This document shows, piece after piece, positions 1 to 15,799 of a stretch of DNA of 64,000 nucleotides. The notes below the pieces were generated by a model. The model was not told the origin of the DNA. It saw only the letters and a list, made by a program, of their open reading frames with translations, and made no database searches. How positions within the stretch are numbered: position 1 is the first letter of the stretch; each line of letters starts with the position of its first letter. Source of the DNA: the human T2T-CHM13v2.0 reference genome, Homo sapiens; NCBI RefSeq assembly GCF_009914755.1, contig NC_060944.1; one strand, given 5' to 3'. Both the position numbers and the translations under genes were made by a program.

Positions 1-21
1 TATTCATTTTTGATAGAGGAG

Positions 22-2649
22 TGATATGGCTTGGATGTTTTGTCCCCTCCAAATCTCATGTTAAAATATGACCTCCAATGTTAGAGGTGGGCATGGTAGG
101 AGGTGTTAGAATCATGGGAGTGGATCCCTCATGAATAGCTTGATGCCATCCCCGTGGCAATGAGTGAGTTCTTGCTCTGGTAGTTCATGTGAGAGCTGGT
201 AGTCTAAAGAAGTCTGGCTCTTCCTCGTTGCTCTATTGTTTCCTTGCTTGCTCTCTTGCTTCCTCTTGCCTGCTCTCCCTTCATTGTCTAAACCATAATT
301 GTAAGTTTCCTGAGGCCCTTACCAGAATGAGATGCTGGCACCATGCTTCCTGTACATCCTGCAGAACTGTGAGCCAATTAAACCTCTTTTCTTTATAAAT
401 TATCCAGTCTTAAGTATTCCTTTATGGCAATGCAAAGAGACTAACACAGAAAATTGGTGCCAAGAAATGGAGCATTGCTATAAGGATACTTGAAAATGTG
501 GATTGGCTTTGGGACTGGGTAATGGGCAGAAGTTGGAAGAGTTTAGAGGGCTCAGTCACAGGGGTGGAAGGTTGGAAGAGTTTAGAGGTTGGAAGAGTTT
601 AGAGGGCTCAGAAGATGACAGGAAGATGAGGGAAAATTTAAACTTCTTAGAGTCTTGTTACTTTGTTGTGACCAAAATACTGATAGTAATATAGACAGTA
701 AAAGCCAGGCTGATGAAGCCTCAAATGGAAACAAGGTAGTTATTGGGAATTAAAGTAAAGATCACCTATGTTACACCCTAGCAAAGAACTTGACGCATTA
801 TATCCATGCCCTGGGGGTCAGAGGAAGTTTGAATTTAAGAGTGATGATCTAGGGTATCTGGCAGAAGAAATTTCTAAGCAGCAAAGCATTTCAGAAGTGA
901 TCTGATGGCAGTGAGTCATGGTAGAACCACTGCACTCTGACCTGGGTGACAGAGTGAGACCTTGTCTCAAAAAAAAGAGAAGTTGCGTGGCTGCATCTAA
1001 CAACCTATGGTCAGATATAGGAGGAAATGAATGATTTAAAGTTGAAACTTACAACTAAAAGGAAAGCATAGTGTATTAATTTGGAAAATTCACAGCCTGG
1101 CCACATGGTAGAGAAGGAAAGAGCATTTTTAGGAGAGGAATACAAGCAGGCTGTGGCTGCAAAACAACCACTTGCTGGAGAGATTTACATGACTGAAAGG
1201 GAGTCAGGTGCTAATATCCAAGACAAGGAAAACAAGGTCTCAAAGTCATTTTAGAAACCTTCAGAGCAACCCCTACCATCACAGAACCTGAGGCCTAGGA
1301 GGAAAGAATGGTTTGGGACCAGGACCAGGGCACCACTGCCCTGCTCTACCAGTCACAGTAGGAGACTACTGCCCTTATCCCTGCTGCTCCAGCTCCAGCC
1401 ATAGCTCAAAGGGCCCCAGGTATACCTGGGGCTGCTGCTTTGGAGAGTGCAAACCATAAGCCATGGTGGCTTCTATGTGGTGTTAAGCCTTCAGGTACAC
1501 AGAATGCAAAAGTGAATGAGGCTTTGTAGCAGTTACTTAGATTTCAGAGGATGTATGGGAAAGCCCTGGGTGCCAAGGCAGAAGCCTGATGCAGGGGCAG
1601 AGCCCTTGCAGAGAACTTCTACTAGGTCAGGGCTGAGGGTAAATGTAGGGCTGGAGACCCCACACAGAGTTCCCACCAGGGAACTGCATAATGGAGCTAT
1701 GGGAAGGGGCCCACCATCCTCTAGACTCAAGAATGGTAGAGCCACTGGCAACTTGCACCCGGTGCCTGGAAAAGACACAGGTGCTCAACTCCAATCCATG
1801 AGAGCAGTCATGGGGGCTGCACCCTGCAAAACCACAGGGGTGGAGCTGCCCAATGCCTTGGGAGCCCACCACTTGCACAGTGTGACCTGGATGTGGGACA
1901 TTGAGTCAAGGATTATGCTGGAGCTTTAAGATTTAATGTCTGTCTTGCTGGGTGTTGAATTTGTGTGAGACCTGTTGCTCCTTGCTTTTGCTTGATTTCT
2001 CTCTTTTGAAATTGGAATGTTGACTCAATCCCTGCACAACCATTGTATCTTGGAAGTAAATAGTTTGCTTATCTTAAAGGCCTATAGGTGGAAGCAGCTC
2101 TACTTGAGTCTCAGATGAGACTTTGGACTTTGGGACCCCTGAGTTGATGCTGGAATGAGTTGAGACTTTTGGGGACTACTTTTGTGATGAGAGAAGGACA
2201 TGAGATTTGGTGGGGGAGTGGGGGGAAAGGGGCTGAATCATATACTTTGGATGTTTGTCCCCTCCAAATCTCATGTTGAGATGTAATCCCCAATTTTGCA
2301 GGTGGGGCCAGGTGGGAGGTGTTTAAATCCTGGGGGTGGATTCCTCATGAATGGCTTGGTATTCTCCTCAAGGTAATGAGTGAATTCTTGCTCTGAGTTC
2401 ACATGAAATCTGGTTGTTTGAAAGAGAGTGACACTTCCCCCTACCATTTCTTCCTCTCTTGCCATGTGATATTCCAGCTCCTTCTTCGTCTTCTGCCATG
2501 ATGTGCTCCCTGAGGCTCTCACCAGAAGCAGATGCCAGCACCATACTTCCTGTATAGCCTGCAGAAACATACATCAAAATAAACCTCTTTTCTTTATCAA
2601 TTACCCAGTCTCACATATTTCTTTATAGCAGTGCAAATAGGCTAACACA
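22..2649 (+). mobile_element. MaLR (MSTB-type) provirus: 5'LTR 22-448, internal 449-~2237, 3'LTR ~2238-2649
   Basis: The 5'LTR begins TGATATGGCTTGGATG..CCCCTCCAAATCTCATG and both LTRs end ..CTAACACA. The internal region begins GAAAATTGGTGCCAAG. A perfect 5-bp TSD AGGAG lies at 17-21 and 2650-2654. Confidence 0.92.
907..976 (+). mobile_element. 5'-truncated Alu 3' fragment inside MST-int
   Basis: GCAGTGAG..CCACTGCACTC..CCTGGGTGACAGAGTGAGACCTTGTCTC followed by an A-tail. Confidence 0.85.
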
Positions 2650-2933
2650 AGGAGTGTTTAATTTCCAACTATAATAGTGAATGAATTTATTTCTCTTTAC
2701 AATTCTGTCCAGTTTTGCCTCACATGCTTTGATGCTCTGTTGTTAGGTGCATGTATGTTAAAGAATTTTATGTCCACTTGGAGGATTGGCCACTTTATCA
2801 TTATGTAATGCTGCTCTTTATCTCTGATAACTTTTCCTGGTCTGATGTCTACTTTGTCTGAAATTAATATATCCACTCCAGCTTTCTGTTGATGAAAGTT
2901 ATCATAATATTTCTTTCTATATCCCTTAAACTT
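2650..2933 (-). mobile_element. Old L1 (L1MC-type) ORF2 endonuclease fragment; host of the nest (also 1-21)
   Basis: ORF 2697-2975 encodes QQKAGVDILISDKVD..HYIMIK..NIHAPNNRASK (L1 EN motifs). It continues at 22051. Confidence 0.85.
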
Positions 2934-3311
2934 AAAAAATTTTTTAATACATATCTTTTTAAAAAAATTTTTCATAAGTTATTGGGGCACAGGTGGTATT
3001 TGGTTACATGACTAAGTTCTTTAGTGGTGATTTGTGAGATTTTGGTGCACCCATCGCCAGTATACAGTGCAACGTATTTGTAGTTTTTATATATATATAG
3101 TTTTTATTATACTTTAAGATCTAGGGTACATGTGCACACAATGTGCAGGTTTGTTACATATGTATACATGTGCCATGTTGGTGTGCTGTACCCATTAACT
3201 CGTCATTTACATTAGGTATATCTCCTAATGCTATCCCTCCCCGCCACCGCCACTCCACAACAGGCCCTGGTGTGTGATGTTCCCCTTCCTGTGTCCAAGT
3301 GTCCTCATTGT

Positions 3312-7137
<3,826 letters not shown>

Positions 7138-7200
7138 TATGATGTTAGCTGCTTATTTTGCTCATTAGTTAATGCATTCTCTTCCTAGCCTCGATGGTCA

Positions 7201-8217
7201 TTACAATTTGGCATGTTTTTGCAGTCACTGGTACCGGTTGTTCCTTTCCACATTTAGGGCTTCCTTCAGGAGCTCTTTTAGGGCAGGCCTGGTGGTGCCC
7301 AAATCTCTCAGCATTTGCTTGTCTGTAAAGTATTTTATGTCTCCTTCACTTATGAAGCTTAGTTTGGCTGGATATGAAATTCTGAGTTGAAAATTCCTTT
7401 CTTTAAGAATGTTGAATATTGGCCCCCACTCTCTTCTGGCTTGTAGGGTTTCTGCTGAGAGATCCGCTGTTAGTCTGATGGGCTTCCCTTTGTGGGTAAC
7501 CCGACCTTTCTCTCTGGCTGCCCTTAACAATTTTTCCTTCATTTCAACTTTGGTGAATCTGAGAATTATGTGTCTTGTAGTCACTCTTCTCGAGGAGTAT
7601 CTTTGTGGAGTTCTCTGTATTTCCTGAATGTGAATGTTGGCCTGCCTTGCTAGGCTGGGGAAGTTCTCCTGCATAATATCCTGCAGAGTGTTTTCCAACT
7701 TGGTTCCATTCTCCCCATCACTTTCTGGTATACCAATCAGACGTAGATTTGGTCTTTTCACATAGTCCTATATTTCTTGGAGTCTTTGTTCATTTCTTTT
7801 TATTCTTTTTTCTCTAAACTTCTCCTCTCGCTTCATTTCATTCATTTGATCTTCAGTCACTGATACCCTTTCTTCCAGTTGATCGAATCGGCTACTGAAG
7901 CTTGTGCATTTGTCATGTAGTTCTCATGCCATGGTTTTCAGCTCCATCAGGTCCTTTAAGGACTTCTCTGTATTGGTTATTCTAGTTAACCATTTGTCTA
8001 ATCTTTTTTCAAGATTTTTAACTTCTTTGTGATGGGTTCGAACTTCCTCCTTTAGCTCAGAGAAGTTTGATCATCTGAAGCCTTCTTCTCTCAACTTGTC
8101 AAAGTCATTCTCCATCCAGCTTTGTTCTGTTGCTGGTGAGGAGCTGCATTCCTTTGGAGGAGGAGAGGCGCTCTAATTTTTAGAATTTTCAGTGTTTCTG
8201 TTCTGTTTTTTCCCCAT
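7201..8217 (-). pseudogene. L1PA5-like ORF1, disrupted
   Basis: ATG at 8217. ORF 7225-7761 encodes KRPNLRLIG..YPAKLSF..RPALKELLKEAL. Premature stops present. Confidence 0.9.
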
Positions 8218-9241
8218 CTTTGTGGTTTTATCTACCTTTGGTCTTCGATGATGGTGATGTATAGATGGGATTTTGGTGTGAATGTCCTTTCTGTTTGTTA
8301 GTTTTCCTTCTGACAGTCAGGACCTTCAGCTGCAGGTCTGTTGGAGTTTGCTGGAGGTCCACTCCAGACCCTGTTTGCCTGGGTATCAGCAGTGGAGGCT
8401 GCAGAACAGCGAGTATTGCTGAACAGCAAATGTTGCTGTCTGATCGTTCCTCTGGAGGTTTCCTCTCAGAGGGGTACCCGGCCGTGTGAGGTGTCAGTAT
8501 GCCCCTACTGGGGATGCCTCCCAGTTACGCTACTCGGGGGTCAGGGACCCACTTGAGGAGGCAGTCTGTCCGTTCTCAGATCTCAAACTCTGTGTTGGGA
8601 GAACAACTACTCTCTTCAAAGCTGTCAGACAGGAATATTTAAGTCTGCAGAGGTTTCTGCTGCCTTTTGTTTGGCTATGCCCTGTCCCCAGAGGTGGAGT
8701 CTACAGAGGCAGGCAGGCCTCCTAGAGCTACGGTGGCCTCCACCCAGTTTGAGCTTCCCGCCACTTTGTTTATCTACTCAAGCCTCGGCAATGGCGGGCA
8801 CCCCTCCCCCAGTCTCACTGCCACCTTGCAGTTCGATCTCAGACTGCTGTGCTAACAATGAGTGAGGCTCTGTGGGCATGGGACCCTCCGAGCCTGGCAT
8901 GGGATATAATGTCCTGGTATGTCATTTGCTAAGACCATTGGAAAAGTGCAGTATTAGGGTAGGAGTGACCCAATTTTCCAGGTGCCATCTGTCACAGCTT
9001 TCCTTGGCTATGAAAGGGAATTCCCTGACCTATTGTGTTTCCTCGGTGAGGCAATGCCTCACCCAGCTTCAGCTCACGCTCAGTGCTCTGCACCCACTGT
9101 CCTGCACCCACTGTCTGACAAGCCCCAGTGAGATGAAGCTGGTACCTCAGTTGGAAATGCAGAAATCACCCTTCTTCTGTGTCGCTCATGCTGGGAGCTG
9201 TAGACTGGAGCTGTTACTATTCGGCCATCTTGGAATTGCCC
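8218..9241 (-). promoter_or_regulatory. L1 5'UTR internal promoter with intact YY1 core; antisense promoter/ORF0 region on +
   Basis: GGCCATCTTG (reverse complement CAAGATGGCC) at 9223-9232. ORF0-like ATG at 8791. Confidence 0.75.
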
Positions 9242-9525
9242 TATTTGTAGTCTTTAATCCCTTGCCCCACTCTCACCTTTCCCCCCATGTCCCCAAAGTC
9301 CATTGTATCATTTTTTTTTGAATTAAACTTTAAGTTCTGGGATGCATGTGCAGAATGTGCAGGTTTGTTACATATGTATACACTTGCCATGGTGGTTTGC
9401 TGCACCCATCAGTCCATCATCTATATGAGGTATTTCTCCTAATGCTATCCCTCCCACAGCCCCCCATCTCCTGACAGGCCCTGGTGTGTGATGTTCCCCT
9501 CCCTGCGTCCGTGTGTTCTCATTGT

Positions 9526-12500
9526 TCAACTCCCACTTATGAGTGAGAACATGCAGTGTTTGGCGTTCTGTTCCTATGTTAGTTTGCTGAGAATGATGGT
9601 TTCCAGCCTCATCCATGTCCCTGTAAAGGACATGAACTCACTCTTTTTTATGGCTGCATAGTATTCCATGGTGTATATGTGCCACATTTTCCTTATCCAG
9701 TCTATCTTTGATGGGCGTTTGGGTTGTTTCCAAGTCTTTGCTATTGTGAATAGTGCCACAATAAACATACACGTGCATGTGTCTTTATAGTAGAATGGTT
9801 TATAATCCTTTGGGTATATACCCAGTAATGGGATGGCTGGGTCAAATGGTATTTCTGGTTCTAGATCCTTGAGGAATTGCCACACTGTCTTCCACAGTGG
9901 TTGAAATAATTTACATTCCCACCAACAGTGTAAAAGTGTTCCTATTTCTCCAAGTCCTCTCCAGCATCTGTTGTTTCCTGACTTTTTAATGATCGCCATT
10001 CTAACGGGTGTGAGATGGTATCTCATTGTGGTTTTGATTTGCATTTCTCTAATGACCAGTGATGATGAACTTTTTTTCATATGTTTGTTGGCCACATAAA
10101 TGTCTTCTTTTGGGAAGTGTCTGTTTATACCCTTCGCCCACTTTTTGATGGGGTTGTTTGGTTTTTTCCTTAAATTTGTTTGTTTCTTGTAGATTCTGGA
10201 TATTAGCCCTTTGTCTGATGGATAGATTGCAAAAATTTTCTCCCATTCTGTAAGTTGCCTGTTCATCACTCTGATGATAGTTTCATTTGCTGTGCAGAAG
10301 GTCTTTAGTTTAATTAGATCCCATTAGTCAATTTTGGCTTTTGTTGCCATTGCTTTTGGTGTTACAGTCATGAAGTCTTTGCCCATGCCTATGTCCTGAA
10401 TGGTATTGCCTAGGTTTTCTTCTAGGGTTTTTATGATTTTAGGTCTTATGTTTAAGTCTTTAATCCATCTTGAGTTAATTTTTTGTATGAGGTGTAAGAA
10501 GTGGTCCAGTTTCAGTTTCCTGCATATGGCCAGCCAGTTTTCCCAACACCATTTATTAAATAGGGAATCCTTTCTCCATTGCTTGTTTTTGACAGGTTTG
10601 TCAAAGATCAGATGGTTGTAGATGTGTGGTGTTATTTCTGAGGCCTCTATTCTGTTTCATTGGTCTATATATCTGTTTTGGTACCAGTACCATGCTGTTT
10701 TGGTTCCTGTAGCCTTGTAGTATAGTTTGAAGTCAGGTAGTGCGATGCCTCCAGTTTGTTCTTTTTGCTTAGGATTGTCTTTGCTATATGAGCTCTTATC
10801 TGGTTCCCTATGAAATTTAAAGTAGTTTTTTCTTATTCTGTGAAGAAAATCAATGGTGGCTTGATGGGAATAGCATTGAATCTGTAAATTACTTTGGTCA
10901 GTGTGGCTATTTTCACGATATTGATTCTTCCTATCCACGATCATGGAATGTTTTTCCATTTGTTTGTGTCCTGTTTTATTTTTTTGAGCAGTGGTTTGTA
11001 GTTCTCCTTGAAGAGGTCTTTTACATTCCTTGTAAGTTGTATTCCTAGGTATTTTATTCTCTTTGTAGCAATTGTGAATGGGAGTTCAGTCATGATTTGG
11101 CTCTCTGTTTGTCTATTATTGGTGTATAGGAATGCTTGTGATTTTTGCATGTTGATTTTATATCCTGAGGCTTTGCTGAAGTTGCTTACCAGCTTAAAGA
11201 GATTTTGGGCTGAGATGATAGGGTTTTCTAAATATACAATCATGTCATCTGCAAACAGATACGATTTGACTTCCTCTCTTCCTATTTGAATATGCTTCAT
11301 TGCTTTCTCTTGCCTGATTGCCCTGGCCAGAACTTCCAATACTACATTAAATAGGAGTGTTGACAGAGGACATCCTTGTCTTGTGATGGTTTTCAAAGGG
11401 AAGGCTTCCATCTTTTGCCTATTCAGTATGATAATGGCTGTGGGTTTGTCATAAATAGCTCTTATTATTTTGAGATACATTCTATCAATACCTAGTTTAT
11501 TGAGAGTTTTTAGGATGAAGGGGCGTTGAATTTTATTGAAGGCCTTTTCTGCATCTAATGAGATAATCATGTGGTTTTTGTCATTGATTCTGTTTATGTG
11601 ATGGATTATGATTATTGATTTGCATATGTTGAACCAGCCTTGCATCCCAGGGATGAAGACGACTTGATCTTGGTGGATAAGTTTTCTGATGTGCTGCTGG
11701 ATTCAGGTTGCCAGTATTTTATTGAGGATTTTTGTATTGATGTTCATCAGAGATACTGGCCTGAAATTTTCTTTTTTTGTTTTGTCTGCCAGGTTTTGGT
11801 ATCAGGATAATGCTGGCGTCATAAAATGAGTTATGGAGGAGTCCCTCTTTTTCTATTGTTTGGAATAGTTTCAGAAGGAATGGTATCAGCTCTTCTCTGT
11901 ACCTCTGGGAGAATTCAGCTGTGAATCCATCTGGTCCTGGGCTTTTTTTGGTTGGTAGGCTGTTAATTACTGCCTCAATTTCAGAACTTGTTATTGGTCT
12001 ATTCAGAGATTCGTCTTCTTCCTGGTTTAGTCTTGTGTCCAGGAATTTATCCACTTCTAGATTTTCTAGTTTATTTGCATAGAGGTGTTTATAGTATTCT
12101 CTGATGGTAGTTTGCATTTCTGTGGGATCAGTGGTAATATCCTCTTTATCATTTTTATGGTGTCTATTTGATTCTTCTCTCTTTTCTTTTTTATTAGCCT
12201 GGCTAACAGTATATCTATTTTGTTAATTTTTTTCAAAAACCAGCTTCTGGGTTCATTGGTTTTTTGAAGGGTTTTTCATGTCTCTTTCTCTTTCGATTCT
12301 GCTCTGATGTTAGTTATTTCTTGTCTTCTGCTAGCTTTTGAATTTCTTTGCTCTTGGTTCTCTAGCTCTTTTAATTGTGATTTCAGGGTGTCAATTTTAG
12401 ATCTCTCCTGCTTTCTCCTGTGGGCATTTGGCACTATAAATTTACCGCTAAACACTGTTTAGCTGTGTCCCAGAGATTCTAGTACATTGTGTCTTTGTTC

Positions 12501-13330
12501 TCATTAGTTTCAAATAACTTCTTTATTTCTGCCTTAATTTCATTACTTACCCAGTAGTCATTCAGGAGCAGGTTATTCAATTTCCATATAGTTGTGCAGT
12601 TTTGAGTGAGTTTCTTAATCCTGATTTCTAATTTGATTGCAATGTGGTCTGAGAGACTGTTATGATTTCTGTTCTTTTGCATTTGCTGAGGAGTGTTTTA
12701 CTTTCAAGTATGTGGTCAATTTTAGAATAAGCGTGATGTGGTGCTGAAAAGAATGTATATTCTGTTGATTTTGGGTGGAGAGTTCTGTAGATGTCTATTA
12801 GGTCTGCTTGGTCTAGAGCTGAGTTCAAGTCCTGAATATCCTTGTTAATTTTCTGTCTTGTTGATCTGTCTAATATTGACAGTGGCGTGTTAAAATCTCC
12901 CACTATTATTGTGTGGGAGTCTAAGTCTCTTTGTAGGTCTCTAAGAACTTGTTTTATGAATCTGGGTGCTCCTGTATTGTGTGCATATATATTTAGGATA
13001 GTTAGCTCTTCTTGTTGCATTGATCCCTTACCATTATCTAATGCCCTTCTTTGTCTCTTTTGATCTTTGTTGGTTTAAAGTCTGTTTTATCAGAGACTAG
13101 GATTGCAACTCCTGCTTTTTTTTTTCTTTTCATTTGCTTGGCAAATTGGTCCTACATTTCTTTATTTTGAGCCTATGTGTGTCTTTGCACATGAGATGGA
13201 TCTCCTGAATACAGCACACTGATGTGTCTTGACTCTTTATCCAATTTGCCAGTCTGTGTCATTTAATTGGAGCATGTAGCCCATTTACATTTCAGGCTAA
13301 TATTGTTATGTGTGAATTTGATCCTGTCAT
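9526..13330 (-). pseudogene. L1PA7-like ORF2, disrupted
   Basis: Fragment ORFs 9574-10269, 10941-11645 (QGCPLS, LFADD), 11719-12117 and 12628-13020 (GDFNTPL, SKIDH). Confidence 0.9.
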
Positions 13331-13389
13331 TATGATGCTAGCTGGTTATTTTGCCTGTTGATGCAGTTTCTTCCTAGCATCAATGGTCT

Positions 13390-14412
13390 TTACAATTTGG
13401 TATGTTTTTGCAGTGGCTGGTACCAGTTTTTCCTTTCCATATTTTGTGCTTCTTTCAGGAGCTCTCACAAGGCAGTCCTAGTCATGACAAAATCTCCCAG
13501 CATTTGCTTGTCTGTAAAGGATTTTATTTCTCTGTTGTTTATGAAGGTTAGTTTGGCTGGATATGAAATTCTGGGTTGAAAATTCTTTTCTTTAAGAATG
13601 TTGAATATTGGCTCCCTCTCTCTTCTGGATTGTAGGGTTTCTGCAGAGAGATCCACTGTTAGTCTAATGGGCTTCCCTTTGTGGGTAACCCGCCCTTTCT
13701 CTCTGGTGCCCTTAACACTATTTTCTTCATTTCAACCTAGGTGAATCTGATGATTGTGTCTTGAGGTTGCTCTTCTTGAGGAGTGTCTTTGTGGTGTTCT
13801 CTGTATTTCCTGAATTTGAATGTTGGCCTCTCCCTCTAGGTTGGGAAAGTTCTCCTGGGTAATATCCTGAAGTGTGTTTTCCAACTTGGTTTCATTCTCC
13901 CAGTCACTTTCTGGTACACCAATCAAATGTAGGTTTAGTCTTTTCACATAATCCCATATTTCTTGGACACTTTGTTCATTCCTTTTTATTCTTTTTTCTC
14001 TAATCTTGTCTTCATGCTTTATTTCATTAAGCTGATCTTCAATCTCTCATATACTTTCTTCTGCTTGATCAATTTGGCTATTGATACTTGTGTATGCTTC
14101 ACGAAGTTCTTTTGCTGTTTTTTTTCATCTCCATCAGGTCATTTATTTCTTCTCTAAACTGGTTATTCTAGTTAGCAATTCCTCTAACCTTTTTACAAGG
14201 TTCTTAGCTTCCTTGCATTGGGTTAGAACACGTTCCTTTAGCTTGGAGGAGTTTGTTATTACCCACCTTCTAAAGCCTACTTCTGTCAATTTGTCAAACT
14301 CATTCTCCATCCAGTTTTGTTTCCTTGCTGTTGAGCAGTTGTGATCCTTTGGAGGAGAAGAGGCATTCTGGTTTTTGGAATTTTCAGCCTTTTTGTGCTA
14401 GATTTTCCTCAT
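13390..14412 (-). pseudogene. L1PA7-like ORF1, disrupted
   Basis: ATG at 14412. Fragments 13732-13947 and 13465-13656 (YPAKL). Confidence 0.85.
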
Positions 14413-15799
14413 CTTTGTGGATTTGTCTACCTTTGGTCTTTGATGTTGGTGACCTTCAGATGGCAGTTTTGTGTGGACATCCTTTTTGTTGATGATGCTA
14501 TTACTTTCTGTTTGTTAGTTTTCCTTCTAACAGTCATGCCCCTCTTCTGCAGGTCTGCTGGAGTTTGCTGGAGGTCCACTCCAGACCCTGTTTGCCTGGG
14601 TGTCACCAGCAGAGGCTGCAGAACAGCAAAGGTTGTTGCCTGTTCCTTCCTCTGGAAATTTTGTCCCAGAGGGGCATCTGCCAGATGTCAGCTGGAGCTC
14701 TCCTATATGAAGTGTCTGTCGACCCCTGCTGGGAGGTGTCTCCCAGTCAGGAGGCACTGGGGTCAGGGACCCACTTGAGGAGGCAGCCTATCCCTTAGCA
14801 GAGCTCAAGCACTGTGCTAGGTGATCCACTGCTCTCTTCATAGCCTGCAGGCAGAAACATTTAATTCTGCTGAAGCTGCACCCACAGCCACCCCTTCCCC
14901 CAGGTGCTCTGTTCTAGGGTGATAGGAGTTTTTCTATAAGCCCCTGACTGGGGCTGTTGCCCTTCTTTCAGAGATGCCCTGCCCAGAGAGGAGGAATCTA
15001 GAGAGGCAGTCTGGCTACATTGGCTTTACTGAGCTACAGTGGGCTCTGCCAGTTCGAACGTCCCTGCAGCTTTGTTAGCACTATGAGGGGAAAACCACCT
15101 ACTCAAGTGTCAGTAACGGTGAACGCCCCTTCCCCCACCAAGCTTGAGTGTCCCAGGTCGACTTCAGACTGCTTTGCTGTCAGTGAGAATTTCAAGCCAG
15201 TGGATTTTAGCTTTCTGTGCTCTGTGGGGTGTGATCAGCTCAGCTAGACCACTTGGCTCCCTGGCTTCGGCCTCCTTTCCAGGAGAGTGAACAGTTCTGT
15301 TTCACTGGCATTCCAGGTGCCACTGGGTATGAAAAAAAAACTCCTGCAGCTAGCTCAGTGTCTGCCCAAAGGGCCGCCCAGTTTTGTGCTTGAAACCCAG
15401 GGCCCTTATGGTGTAGGCACCTGAGGGATCTCCTGGTCTGTGGTTTGTGAAGACCATGGGAAAAGCATAGTATCTGGGCCAGAATGCACCATTCTTCATG
15501 ACACAGTCCTTCTCAACTTCCCTTGGCTAGGGGAGGGAGATCCCTGACCCCTTGTGCTTCCTGGGTGAGGTGATGCCCCACCCTGCTTTGGCTTGCCCTC
15601 CGTGGGCTGCACCTGCTGTCTAAACTGTTCCAATGAGATGGGCTGGGTACCTCAGTTGGAAATGCAAAAATCACCCATCTTCTCTGTTGATCTCACTGGG
15701 AGCTGCAGACTGGAGCTGTTCCTATTTGGCCATCTTGCTTCAAATCCCCATTATATCATTCTTATGCCTTTGCATTCTCATAGCTTAGGTTCCACATAT

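Larger units (their letters stand above)
9313..15747 (-). mobile_element. Full-length L1PA7-like LINE-1, about 6.4 kb
   Basis: 5' end reads GCAAGATGGCCAAATAGGAACAGCTCCAGTCTGCAGCTCCCAGTGAGATC on the minus strand, with a longer 5'UTR. 3' end reads TTCTGGGATGCATGTGCAGAATG on +. TSD CCATT(G/A)TATCATT lies at 9300-9312 / 15748-15760. Confidence 0.9.

Noticed and set aside
1516-1929. 137-aa ORF as a gene
   Set aside because: Lies within MaLR internal sequence; at most a decayed remnant of the MaLR ORF
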